A DNA stretch of 64,000 bases. Source: Verrucomicrobiales bacterium (GTDB taxonomy: Bacteria; Verrucomicrobiota; Verrucomicrobiia; Verrucomicrobiales; V1-33). The stretch is from positions 1-64,000 of the forward strand of contig JANOAV010000212.1 in assembly GCA_031411295.1 (NCBI GenBank), read 5' to 3'. Positions 37,905-47,502 of the stretch are shown in pieces. Positions within the stretch are counted from its first letter, which is position 1; each line of letters begins with the position of its first letter. The notes below the pieces were generated by a model. It saw only the letters and a list, made by a program, of their open reading frames with translations, was not told the origin of the DNA and did no database searches. The position numbers and the translations under genes were made by a program.

Positions 37905-38383
37905 TGGAAAGGGATTTGGTAGGTCCAGGCACTGTCAGGACTGCCTTCGCGCGGGTGGATGATGAGTTCAGCGGAAACCCAATCGGCGGGGATTTCCAGT
38001 TCGGTGCGCAAGGGTGAATGCGGCCCCAGGGCTTGGCTGTGCAAGGTGGTGCGCAAGGTTTCCGGCAGGCGTGGAGCGAAGACGAGGGCTGCGCCATAGA
38101 CGTTGCGACGCATGTAGGGTCCGCGCAGTTTGGAGTAAATTTCCGGAGTGAGCTGAATTTCGCTAGCAGCTCCGGCGGCAGAGGTTCCGCGGATCACGAA
38201 TGACGCCGTGAAGGCTTCGTAGCCATCGGTGGCGCTGAAGACTTTGGTGAAAGGGGCGATCCCGCTGGCAGCCCCAATCCCTTGCAGGATCTTACTTTGG
38301 GTCCAGTAGCCGACCATGCGGGTGAGCCCGAGCACGAGCAGGAGGGACGCGATCCGATTTGGCCAGGGTGAGTTAGGCTTCAT
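37901..38383 (-). CDS. membrane-anchored hypothetical protein, HTTM partner
   Basis: N-terminal TM, AP..KVFS...GYE.F and GPY.RRNVYGAAL. Overlaps both neighbours. Confidence 0.75.
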   Translation of the reverse strand: MKPNSPWPNRIASLLLVLGLTRMVGYWTQSKILQGIGAASGIAPFTKVFSATDGYEAFTASFVIRGTSAAGAASEIQLTPEIYSKLRGPYMRRNVYGAALVFAPRLPETLRTTLHSQALGPHSPLRTELEIPADWVSAELIIHPREGSPDSAWTYQIPFQ

Positions 38384-39176
38384 GGGTCGCAGAGGCAAGT
38401 CGTTGCAGTTGGCAGGCGGTGCGTTTGCCGCAGCCCATGCAGGTGGGAGGAAGGGGAATCTTATGCACGTCTTGGAAACTCAGGATCTTCCCAAACATCT
38501 GTTCGCGCTCCGGCTGGAACCCGCATTGCTTGGGATTGGTGCGGGGGTTGTCGAAGGTGCCGAAGAGCATGTCCCAGATCGGCAGGTCCGCATAGTTTCC
38601 CGTATGCCGTTCGTATTGGTGATGCACCCGATGGGATTCGGGCCGCTGGATGAAATTCCCCAACCAACGCGGGGTGCGGATGTTCCAATGATAAAAGTAT
38701 TCCGCCACCGCCGTCAGCCCGGTATAGATGGTGCCCGCAACCACATCGCAACCTAGCACGAAATAAACCAGCGTGGCTCCGATGAGGGAATTCACGAGAA
38801 TTTCCACCGGATGCTTGTAGAAACTGGTCAGCAATTCGATGCGCGTGGCGGAATGATGCAGTTGATGGCACAGCCGCCAGAAGAATCTCGATTCATGCCG
38901 GATGCGATGCCACCAGTAGTAAATGAACGTGGAAATGAAGTAGGCGATCAGCGCAGCAGTGGGAGCTGAAAAATGTTGTGACAGGTGCAGCAGACTGGAG
39001 GTGGCCAACCAGCGATCCCACGTAAAGCCCGCGAGGATAATAACGCCCGCCTGCAGCACATTGATCAGCGCAATGCGCCACCACCAACCACGGACTTGCG
39101 GTAACGCTGAGCCAGGGGAAAGGCGCTCCACGAGGATGAACGCCACGGCAGTGATTAGGAGAATTGGAATTAACAT
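38373..39176 (-). CDS. sterol desaturase / fatty acid hydroxylase family protein
   Basis: His boxes WWHRIRH, HQLHHS, HPVE, YHWN and SHRVHH; NY..LPIWD.LFGT. C-terminal CMGC...AC. Confidence 0.92.
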   Translation of the reverse strand: MLIPILLITAVAFILVERLSPGSALPQVRGWWWRIALINVLQAGVIILAGFTWDRWLATSSLLHLSQHFSAPTAALIAYFISTFIYYWWHRIRHESRFFWRLCHQLHHSATRIELLTSFYKHPVEILVNSLIGATLVYFVLGCDVVAGTIYTGLTAVAEYFYHWNIRTPRWLGNFIQRPESHRVHHQYERHTGNYADLPIWDMLFGTFDNPRTNPKQCGFQPEREQMFGKILSFQDVHKIPLPPTCMGCGKRTACQLQRLASATHEA

Positions 39177-39367
39177 GCTCCGACCCTAAGCGAATCCACC
39201 CAACTCACCGAATTGATAAAACCATTGGCTCTATTGGTTTTGCCGATGGTGGCTCCAGACCGTTTCGGGTGGGGAAAAAAGTCCGCAGGTAAGGACCCGT
39301 GGAGCGGAGGATTTCCCTTTGCCACTGCTTCTCGCAAGCTTAGGCTTGCGATGTTCTCCATCCTCTC

Positions 39368-39553
39368 ATGAATCATCACATCCTAGCCAGTCTGTTCGAG
39401 TTGCAAGAGTCTCACAGGCTCCTCTTCGTTGGCATTATCCTGCTGCTGTATGGCGCCAAGAAAATACCTGAACTTGCTCGTGGCCTCGGCAAGAGCATGA
39501 ATGAATTCAAACGTGCTCGTAAAGAATATGACGACGAGGATGATCGCACCTGA
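39368..39553 (+). CDS. tatA: TatA/E-family protein, divergent short duplicate
   Basis: [25 protein letters not shown]-terminal helix interrupted by charged residues. Confidence 0.65.
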   Translation: MNHHILASLFELQESHRLLFVGIILLLYGAKKIPELARGLGKSMNEFKRARKEYDDEDDRT

Positions 39554-39756
39554 GTGATTTCACTCTCACCGACGAATACCAAAACCTTCAGTCGAAGGGG
39601 GGTGGCTGAGCAACAGAGCCCAAAAACACGTCCGTCTTCTGAGCAAAATTTCACTTTCATTACTGCGGAATTGCGGGAAACTTTCTTTTGCAACCACCCT
39701 CTGCGGGGTTACCCTAAGTTCGAAATATCCGCCCCAACCCACAACCACATACTTTT

Positions 39757-40053
39757 ATGAACACTCCCATGCTAGCTGGAATCTTTGGCCTTCAAGGGCC
39801 GGAAATGCTGCTGATCGTTGGTCTTGTCCTGCTCCTTTTCGGAGCCAAGAAAATCCCTGAACTCGCTCGCGGCCTCGGCAAGAGCATGAATGAGTTCAAA
39901 CGCGCCCGCAGCGAATTCGAAAACGAAATTAACAACGCGGCCGAAGAATCTGAGCGCGCTGCTGAAATCCAACGCGTGAAAGACGAACGTCTCAAACAGG
40001 AGCGCCTTGCTGCCGCCGAAGCTGCCAAGCCCGTTGAGACCAGTCATTCCTAG
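39757..40053 (+). CDS. tatA: twin-arginine translocase TatA/E
   Basis: GPEMLLI...[26 protein letters not shown]. Confidence 0.93.
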   Translation: MNTPMLAGIFGLQGPEMLLIVGLVLLLFGAKKIPELARGLGKSMNEFKRARSEFENEINNAAEESERAAEIQRVKDERLKQERLAAAEAAKPVETSHS

Positions 40054-40064
40054 TCAACCACTGC

Positions 40065-41003
40065 GTGCCTTCACGGCCCTCATCCAATCACGCCACAGGC
40101 AGCCTTCGGGCTGCCTGTTTGGCTTTATTGCTGGTGGGAAATGCCGCATTCGGGGAGGACAAGCCAATCGGAGTTCAGGTTAAGTTTGTCTCCTATAACT
40201 TACACAACTATATCCTCCGCCCAGAAGCGGGTTCCTCCACCCCCGCCAAGTCCGAACGGGAGATTTCCCGCATGGTGAAAATTCTAGCGGAACTGAAACC
40301 CGATATCATCGGACTGGAGGAAATGGGCACGGAGGAGGATTTGACAGATCTGCAGGAACGTCTGCGCGCGGCCGGGATAAATTTACCGGAGCGAGAATGG
40401 GTGGGCGGCCCGGATCCAGTCCGGCATGTGGCTCTGCTCAGTCGATTCCCCATCGCCTCCCGCAACTCCCGGCCCAGTCTGACTTACCAACTGGACAACG
40501 CCCACTTGCCCATGCAGCGGGGGTTGCTGGATGTGACGTTGCAGGTGGAACCGGGCTATCAACTCCGGCTCATCGGCCTGCATTTGAAATCCCAGCGGGA
40601 GGTGGAGGATGCAGATCAGGCGCTGATGCGTCGGGAGGAAGCCCACTTGGCCCGGCTCCACGTGGAGCAAATTCTGACCACCACTCCACAGACCAATCTG
40701 CTGCTTTTTGGCGACCTTAATGAATCACGGGATCAACCTGGCGTGCGGGAACTGAAAGGCCCCATCGGCCAGCCCACGTCGCTGCGGGAACTTGGCCTGG
40801 AAGACACGAATGGGGCCCGCTGGACTTACTATCATGAACCCAGCGATACCTACTCGCATATCGATTACGCAATGGCTTCCCCGGGGTTGGTGCCGGAACT
40901 GCGTCTGAAACTCAGCGGCGTTTACGGCGGTCGGGATTGGTCCGAGGCCTCCGACCACCGACCCATTTTCCTGACGCTCGTCCCCGTGGAACAAAATCCC
41001 TGA
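40065..41003 (+). CDS. endonuclease/exonuclease/phosphatase family protein, secreted
   Basis: SYNLHNY, PDIIGLEE, HLKS, GDLN, IDY and SDHRP. Start codon uncertain. Confidence 0.9.
   Translation: MPSRPSSNHATGSLRAACLALLLVGNAAFGEDKPIGVQVKFVSYNLHNYILRPEAGSSTPAKSEREISRMVKILAELKPDIIGLEEMGTEEDLTDLQERLRAAGINLPEREWVGGPDPVRHVALLSRFPIASRNSRPSLTYQLDNAHLPMQRGLLDVTLQVEPGYQLRLIGLHLKSQREVEDADQALMRREEAHLARLHVEQILTTTPQTNLLLFGDLNESRDQPGVRELKGPIGQPTSLRELGLEDTNGARWTYYHEPSDTYSHIDYAMASPGLVPELRLKLSGVYGGRDWSEASDHRPIFLTLVPVEQNP
40095..40120 (+). terminator. terminator-like hairpin after tatA
   Basis: ACAGGCAGCC-TTCG-GGCTGCCTGT-TT. Short U tail; overlaps the predicted 5' end of the next ORF. Confidence 0.6.
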
Positions 41004-41048
41004 GCGGTGCCTGCTTGCACGGCACCAAGAATAGGCTACGCTGGCACC

Positions 41049-41621
41049 ATGGGCATCCCTAAAACACAAACTTGGATTTCCGCAGAGGAATATTTAAATG
41101 GCGAACCTCTGAGCGAGATCCGCCACGAATACATTGATGGGGAAGTCTTCGCCATGGCAGGCGGCACGCCGAAACATAATACCGTTTCCCTTAATTTTGC
41201 TGGGGAACTTCGCAGCCACCTGCGAGGGAAACCCTGCCGCGTCTTCATGGCAGATGTCAAAGTGCGCATTATTACCTCACAGCAGGATATATTTTACTAT
41301 CCCGATGTCATCGTGGCCTGTGATCCGAATGACGATAACGAGCAGTTCCTGCGCGCTCCGAAACTCATCATCGAAGTGCTCTCCAAGAGCACGCATCGCT
41401 TGGATCGAAACGAAAAATTCCGCAACTACATCACACTTCCCTCCCTAGAGGAATATGTTATCGCGGCACAGGACCGTCCGTGCCTCATGATCCACCGGCG
41501 GAGCAACCAGTGGGTGCCTGAGGTGATCGAAGACCCGGCGGAAATGGTGGTCTTGGAGTCGGTCGGCTTGGAGCTTCCGCTGGCGGCGTTTTATGAAAAT
41601 GTGGTCCCTCCTTTAAATTAA
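41049..41621 (+). CDS. Uma2-family endonuclease
   Basis: EEYL..E...RHEYIDG...AMAGGT..HN, YYPDV.V.C, IEVLS.ST...DR..K...Y...SL.EYV. Confidence 0.93.
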   Translation: MGIPKTQTWISAEEYLNGEPLSEIRHEYIDGEVFAMAGGTPKHNTVSLNFAGELRSHLRGKPCRVFMADVKVRIITSQQDIFYYPDVIVACDPNDDNEQFLRAPKLIIEVLSKSTHRLDRNEKFRNYITLPSLEEYVIAAQDRPCLMIHRRSNQWVPEVIEDPAEMVVLESVGLELPLAAFYENVVPPLN

Positions 41622-41738
41622 GAAATTTTAGCCCAGTCGCGACGCATTGTCTTTGCGATTTCACGATTAAGCGATTGCCCGGCCCGGCAGACGTGCTAAT
41701 TTACCAACCGCATTTTCCGTAATTACTAAAAACCGCCC

Positions 41739-43253
41739 ATGACCTACATTCTTGACGCCCTCCGCTGGATTGGAATTCTGTTCCTAGTCCTGATGCTGTT
41801 TAACTTGGTGATCGTGGTGCATGAGTGGGGCCATTTCCTAGCGGCGCGCTGGCGCGGGTTGAAGGTGGAGAAATTTCAAATCTGGTTCGGAAAGCCGATC
41901 TGGAAGCGCACCTACAATGGCGTGCAATACGGCCTGGGCACCATTCCCTTTGGCGGCTTCGTCGCGTTGCCACAAATGGCGGACATGACCGCCATCGAAG
42001 GCGCTTCCGCCACCAATCCCGACGGCACGCCGGTGGAAAAGTTAGCGAAAATTTCCCCGCTGGACAAAATCATCGTCGCCTTTGCCGGACCCTTGTTCAG
42101 CTTCCTGTTGGCCATCGTCTTCGCGTTCATCGTATGGGGTGTGGGCAAGCCTGTGATGCAGTCGGAAAAGGAAGCTATGATTGGCTACGTGGACTCCGAA
42201 CGTCCGGCGGGTGCGCCTAATGGGCTGAAGGTGGGAGACAAAGTGACGGCGGTTGACGGGGAAGAAGTAAAGAGTTTTTCTGGACCAGTGAATAGTGTCA
42301 TGTGGGCGATCGTTTCCGCCAAGAATGACGACATCGTTTTCGACGTCGTGCGCGATGGGCAGCCGCTCAAGGTGACCATCAATGCTCCAACCAGCGGGGA
42401 GAATGCTGGCAAAGAGTTTAAGGAATGGGCTACTGCATCGTGGTGGAGCAAGATTTGGAATCGCCCACCGATGCGTCGGGTGGGGATCCTCTACGCGATG
42501 GATAACATTGCGGTGGATAAAATGCGGCCAAACAGTCCCGCTGAGCTAGCGGGCTTCAAGGCGGGCGACATTCTGCGCACGCTGAATGGCCAACGTATCC
42601 TGAGCCCGCTCGCCATTGTGGACGCGGTTACGAAGAAGCCCAAAGAAGTCTTAAATTTTGAAGTGGAACGGGATGGCAAATTGGTTCCCATCTCCGTCAC
42701 GGCAGTCAAGCCTAGCAAGCCTGCAGATTACAAGGGCGAGGGTGAACTCGGTTTCGAGCCGTTTAAGGATGCGGATGAAGAACGCCGCAAAGTGGACGGC
42801 AGCAATATCCAACACCCTTCTCCCTACCAGCAAATTCACGACAGCCTGCAGACAACCTTCGCCACCTTGGGTGCCTTGTTTTCCAAATCCAAGGTCGAGG
42901 CCGGTCACATGAGCAGCGCCATCGGGATCATCAGTATTTATCACCAACTCTTCACCATTCAGAACGGCTGGATGCTGATTCTGTTCTTCACCGTCGTGCT
43001 AAATGTGAATCTCGCGATTCTGAACATGCTGCCGATTCCAGTGTTGGATGGCGGTCACATCACTATGGCATTGATCGAAGCGATCGGCGGTCGGCCGTTG
43101 CGCGGCAAAATAGTGGAATACGTTCAGGCTGGTTTTGCCGTGATGCTGCTGAGTTTCATGTTCTGGGTCATGCTCAAGGACGTGGGCAGCATGAAGTCAG
43201 AGAAATCCGAGCCCATCGAGTTCAGTGCTCCGGGTGCCTCTGAGGCCAAGTAA
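41739..43253 (+). CDS. rseP: RIP metalloprotease RseP (M50, two PDZ domains)
   Basis: HEWGH, IPFGGFV, FAGP and NMLPIPVLDGGH. Directly upstream of ispG. Confidence 0.92.
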   Translation: MTYILDALRWIGILFLVLMLFNLVIVVHEWGHFLAARWRGLKVEKFQIWFGKPIWKRTYNGVQYGLGTIPFGGFVALPQMADMTAIEGASATNPDGTPVEKLAKISPLDKIIVAFAGPLFSFLLAIVFAFIVWGVGKPVMQSEKEAMIGYVDSERPAGAPNGLKVGDKVTAVDGEEVKSFSGPVNSVMWAIVSAKNDDIVFDVVRDGQPLKVTINAPTSGENAGKEFKEWATASWWSKIWNRPPMRRVGILYAMDNIAVDKMRPNSPAELAGFKAGDILRTLNGQRILSPLAIVDAVTKKPKEVLNFEVERDGKLVPISVTAVKPSKPADYKGEGELGFEPFKDADEERRKVDGSNIQHPSPYQQIHDSLQTTFATLGALFSKSKVEAGHMSSAIGIISIYHQLFTIQNGWMLILFFTVVLNVNLAILNMLPIPVLDGGHITMALIEAIGGRPLRGKIVEYVQAGFAVMLLSFMFWVMLKDVGSMKSEKSEPIEFSAPGASEAK

Positions 43254-43260
43254 TTTAGCG

Positions 43261-43322
43261 GGTGGCTCGGCTGGCTCAGCCGAACTCATATGGCGCAGTG
43301 CGGCCGAGACAGCCGCACCACC
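43261..43322. repeat. GTGG-type REP pair
   Basis: GGTGGCTCGGCTGGCTCAGCCGA paired with TGCGGCCGAGACAGCCGCACCACC. Confidence 0.65.
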
Positions 43323-43398
43323 TTCTTGGCGGCCTTGGACCCGCACCTGTTGAATACCTCAGTTGCCAACTGCCCGAAAGCGCTCTATGCCGTGAGCC

Positions 43399-45186
43399 AT
43401 GTCTGCTGAGCTTCAATACTGCCCCGATCTCTATCATTATCAACGCCGTGCCACCCGGGTGGTCACGGTGGGGAAGGTTGCCATTGGCGGCACGAATCCG
43501 ATCCGCGTGCAGTCCATGCTGACCTCGGATACCCGGGACACGGATGCTTGCGTGCAAGAAGCGCTGGGTTTGGTGGCAGCGGGCTGTGAGATCGTGCGGG
43601 TCACGGCTCAGACCCGGGTTTATGCCGCCAATCTGGAGCACATCAAAGCCGCTCTGCTAGCTGCCGGATGCGATGTGCCGCTGGTAGCGGATATTCATTT
43701 CAAGCCGGATGCCGCTCTGGAGGCTGCCAAGTGGGTGGAGAAGGTGCGGGTCAATCCCGGAAATTACGCCGATAAAAAGAAATTCGTCCAGCGCGATTAC
43801 ACAGACGCTGAATACGCCGAGGAATTGGAGCGCATCGACGAAGAGTTCTCTCCGTTGGTGAAATTATGCCAGTCTCGCGGAGTGGCCATGCGCATCGGCA
43901 CCAACCACGGCAGCCTGAGCGACCGGATTATGAATCGTCATGGCGATACCCCGCTGGGGATGGTGGAAAGTGCGCTGGAGTTCGCGCGGATTGCGCGGGG
44001 ACTCGACTATCATAATTTCCTGTTCAGCATGAAGGCCTCCAATCCCAAGGTGATGATCGAAGCTTATCGCTTGCTGGTGGCTGAGTTGACGCGCTTGGGG
44101 CCGGATTGGAATTACCCCATCCACCTTGGCGTGACGGAAGCAGGTGATGGCGAGGACGGTCGGATCAAGAGCGCCATCGGCATTGGCAGTCTGCTGGCGG
44201 ATGGCATTGGTGATACCATCCGCGTTTCCCTAACTGAAGATGCGGTGTATGAAATTCCCGTGGCGCGCGCCCTCTGCGTGACCGCCATTCCTGCTGCCTA
44301 TCCGAAGCTGGAAACGATACCAGCCAATGCTCCCTGCGATCCTTTTCACTATAATCGTCGCGCCACCGAACGCTTGGAAATTCAAGGCCTGGGTGTTGGC
44401 GGCGGGGAAACCACTCGCGTCGTCGTCCCGCAAGCCAAGTGGAATGCCGTGGCGCACAAGCTCGCCTCGCTGGGGGAATTTCAGCCAGAAATCATCTTAG
44501 AAACCTGCGGTGTGACCGCCGTGGATCCACGTGATGAAGCCGCCCTGGCCGCCATCAATGCGGCCCCGACTGCCCAGTTCGTTACGCTGGCGGACGGGCT
44601 GAGTTTACCGGTCATCGCAGGCTATCGCTTGCTGGCGGCCAAACTTCAGGCGCGTCATCCGCTCCTGCTCAAGGACACCCTAACGCCATCCGACGATGAC
44701 CACGCTGATTTCCAAACCAACCTGCTCACCGCCGCCACCAACGTGGGGGCGCTGCTGTGCGATGGCATTGGCGATGCGGTCCTGATCCAAGGCGAGGCCG
44801 CTCCCGGCCAAAGTCTGCGTCTGGCCTACAACACGCTGCAAGCGGCGGGCACGCGCATTTTCAAGACGGATTACGTGGCCTGTCCCAGTTGCGGACGGAC
44901 GTTGTTTAACCTGCAAACGACGACCCAGAAAATCCGGGCCGCCACCGGCCACCTCAAGGGCGTTCGCATTGCCATCATGGGCTGCATCGTTAATGGTCCG
45001 GGGGAAATGGCGGATGCAGACTTCGGCTACGTCGGCGGGGCTCCAGGGAAAATTAATCTCTACGTCGGCAAGACCACCGTGGAATTCAACATCCCCGAAG
45101 ACCAAGCCGTGACGAAGCTCATCGAGCTAATCCGCAGCCATGGCAAATGGCAGGAAGAGCCCGAAACTCCAGCCCACTCTGCGTAG
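43399..45186 (+). CDS. ispG: HMBPP synthase, long three-domain form
   Basis: PIRVQSM, PLVADIHF, RVNPGN, RIGTNHGSL, HLGVTEAG, GDTIRVSLT, CPSCGR and MGCIVNGPGE. Confidence 0.97.
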   Translation: MSAELQYCPDLYHYQRRATRVVTVGKVAIGGTNPIRVQSMLTSDTRDTDACVQEALGLVAAGCEIVRVTAQTRVYAANLEHIKAALLAAGCDVPLVADIHFKPDAALEAAKWVEKVRVNPGNYADKKKFVQRDYTDAEYAEELERIDEEFSPLVKLCQSRGVAMRIGTNHGSLSDRIMNRHGDTPLGMVESALEFARIARGLDYHNFLFSMKASNPKVMIEAYRLLVAELTRLGPDWNYPIHLGVTEAGDGEDGRIKSAIGIGSLLADGIGDTIRVSLTEDAVYEIPVARALCVTAIPAAYPKLETIPANAPCDPFHYNRRATERLEIQGLGVGGGETTRVVVPQAKWNAVAHKLASLGEFQPEIILETCGVTAVDPRDEAALAAINAAPTAQFVTLADGLSLPVIAGYRLLAAKLQARHPLLLKDTLTPSDDDHADFQTNLLTAATNVGALLCDGIGDAVLIQGEAAPGQSLRLAYNTLQAAGTRIFKTDYVACPSCGRTLFNLQTTTQKIRAATGHLKGVRIAIMGCIVNGPGEMADADFGYVGGAPGKINLYVGKTTVEFNIPEDQAVTKLIELIRSHGKWQEEPETPAHSA

Positions 45187-45212
45187 CAGCCTGGCAAGAA
45201 CTGGGCGCGCGC

Positions 45213-46007
45213 TCAATGCGGTTTGTGCTCATTAAATACATCCCGTTGCAACTCGCGGTGATCCGCCTTCCGATGAAACGGCAGGCCTTTCCACCAAAGG
45301 CGGAACGCCTGCCAATGGATGAGGAAAATGACTTTCAGCGTAACGATGGGAAATTTCAGCGTGAGCCAAGCCAGACGCGCGGTGGTTAGCTCCTGGCGTT
45401 TGCCAGTAAGGGCACTGAGCAGGACAGGCTCGTCGCCCTTGCGGTCATCAATGTGAATCTCCAAGTGCTCCTCCGGCACCTTGACCTTGAAATCGAACAT
45501 CAGATCCAGCTCGGAGAAAGGCGACACGTAGAAATGCTTCGACGTGACCAAATGAAAGAAGCCGGGGCGCTCTGGTTCGCGGATGAGGTAAGGCTTCATT
45601 TCGCGAAAGGTATTCCCGACCTGCACCACCACGCATTGCGTCTGGCCAGCGGCATCCTCACAGAAATAAAACGAGACCGGGTTGAAAATGTATCCCAGCA
45701 CCCGCGGCAGCGTTACCAACGTGATTCTGGTCTCCGGGTGCAGGGTCAGTCCCTGCTGGGCGATCCAGGCTAGGACGTGTTCCTTGACGGTGCCGCCCTT
45801 GATTTCCGGCAGCGTTAGGTGGTCCCGATCCCTGAATTCATAAAGGTTCCAGCGATTCCGCGAAAAACCATGAACTCGCTTGGCGACCTGATCAATTTCA
45901 TCCAGATCCAGCGCCAAGTAGAACAATTGGTAATCGAAGCGATGCTCCTTGGGCTGCAGCCGATGGTGCATCACCTTGCATTCGTAGAGGCAGGAGCGGA
46001 GTTTCAT
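45213..46007 (-). CDS. DUF1365 family protein
   Basis: HHRL.PK.H.F.Y, PRVLGYIFNPVSFY, NTF.E, K.FYVSPF and IHWQA.RLW.KG. Confidence 0.93.
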   Translation of the reverse strand: MKLRSCLYECKVMHHRLQPKEHRFDYQLFYLALDLDEIDQVAKRVHGFSRNRWNLYEFRDRDHLTLPEIKGGTVKEHVLAWIAQQGLTLHPETRITLVTLPRVLGYIFNPVSFYFCEDAAGQTQCVVVQVGNTFREMKPYLIREPERPGFFHLVTSKHFYVSPFSELDLMFDFKVKVPEEHLEIHIDDRKGDEPVLLSALTGKRQELTTARLAWLTLKFPIVTLKVIFLIHWQAFRLWWKGLPFHRKADHRELQRDVFNEHKPH

Positions 46008-47266
46008 GACCACAATGCTGCACCCGCAATGGCGCGGGCGCAATCAAGACCGCTGGTGAAGCCGTCTTCGTGGAAACCATACTTGAACCAAGCGCCAGCG
46101 TAATACGTCGTCTGGTCTGGACTCAAATGATTCAGCTCCGGCAACCGCCGTTGCGCGGCCAAGGCCGGGAGATCGAACAAGGGATGCTCGTAGGCGATGT
46201 GACGCAGGACTTTGGTAGGATCAATTTCCTCCCGGCAATTCAGCGAGACGAAATACTGCTGCCGCTCGGACACCCCCTGTAGGCGGTTCATCCAGTAATG
46301 CGTGCTGGGCCGACCGGCTTGGTCGAAACGATAATTCCAAGCCGCCCAAGCGCGCTTAGTGCGCGGCATGACGCGCTGATCCGTGTGCAGTGTGGCGAGA
46401 TTCGGCTGATACTTGAAGGGCGTGAGCAACTCTATTTCCAGCGGACTGGGATCCGCCAGCAGGGCCAGCGATTGATCCGCATGGGCCGCCAGAATGACTT
46501 TGGGAAAAGTATCCGTGTGACCATCCGCCGTGGTGATGGTGACGCTATCGGCCTGGCGTTCCACGCGGATGACTTTGGGGCGAACTTGCACGTTGGGGCC
46601 CAGGGCACTTTTGATTTTCGCAACGTAGGATTTAGCCCCATCGCAGACGGTCCACCACGGATGCTGGGTGTGCAGACCCAGGAAACCATGATTATGCCAA
46701 AAGCGCAGCAGGGTGACCGCAGGAAATTTCGCCATGAGTTCCGGGGGCGTGCTCCAGACGGCACTGCTCATGGGGACGAGGTAGCGTTCCCACATGTCGT
46801 TGCCGTAGCCCCGGGCATCGATGTATTCCCGCAGCGTCATGGTGGCGAATCGCTCATCTGAAAGCGCCGGCACCGCTTCAGCGTTGAAGCGATTGATGGC
46901 CGCCAGCATTTTCCAATGCCGGGGATTGAGTAAATTTTTTCTTTGCGCAAAGAGCAGGTCCAGGCTGCCCCCATTATACTCCAAGCCAGACGGTTGATGC
47001 TGCACGCTGAAGGACATGTCGGTGCGCTTCGTGGCCACGTTGAGCTCCGCAAACAGGCGCGTCAGATTTGGGTAAGTCACGTGGTTGAACACCATGAATC
47101 CGGTGTCAATCGGCACGGGTGTGCCCGCCTCATCCACCGTGATGGTATTTGTGTGACCGCCCAGATAGTCATATTGCTCGTAAAGCGTAATGGCAAAATG
47201 GTCCCGCAACAACCACGCGGCCCCCAGTCCGGAAATGCCGGAACCAATAATGGCCAGACGGTTCAT
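46004..47266 (-). CDS. FAD-dependent oxidoreductase (amine oxidase-like, DUF1365/cfa-cluster type)
   Basis: AIIGSGISGL, GGHTNT, DTGFMVFN..TYPNL, WAAWNY, YWMNRLQ and GAWF.YGFHEDG. Confidence 0.93.
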   Translation of the reverse strand: MNRLAIIGSGISGLGAAWLLRDHFAITLYEQYDYLGGHTNTITVDEAGTPVPIDTGFMVFNHVTYPNLTRLFAELNVATKRTDMSFSVQHQPSGLEYNGGSLDLLFAQRKNLLNPRHWKMLAAINRFNAEAVPALSDERFATMTLREYIDARGYGNDMWERYLVPMSSAVWSTPPELMAKFPAVTLLRFWHNHGFLGLHTQHPWWTVCDGAKSYVAKIKSALGPNVQVRPKVIRVERQADSVTITTADGHTDTFPKVILAAHADQSLALLADPSPLEIELLTPFKYQPNLATLHTDQRVMPRTKRAWAAWNYRFDQAGRPSTHYWMNRLQGVSERQQYFVSLNCREEIDPTKVLRHIAYEHPLFDLPALAAQRRLPELNHLSPDQTTYYAGAWFKYGFHEDGFTSGLDCARAIAGAALWS

Positions 47267-47428
47267 GCGGAGAAATGATGGGTTGTAGAAGAGTAAAGAG
47301 GCACGGCCTACAAACGCACATCTCAGCTGAATTGGATGCAAAAAAACCTCCGTCTCGCAGATCGTGGCCAAAGAGGATGATCCAAGAACGGAAGCTTCTG
47401 CGCAGCCTTTAGTGAGACGGCATTATTC

Positions 47429-47478
47429 GGGTGTAATTGGGTGATTTTCGGATTGGACATTTGGGTGTAATTGGGTGA
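47429..47478 (+). repeat. 16-bp direct repeat upstream of fic
   Basis: GGGTGTAATTGGGTGA at 47429-47444 and 47463-47478. Confidence 0.8.
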
Positions 47479-47502
47479 AATTTCCCGCCGGAAGCGGCCC
47501 CT

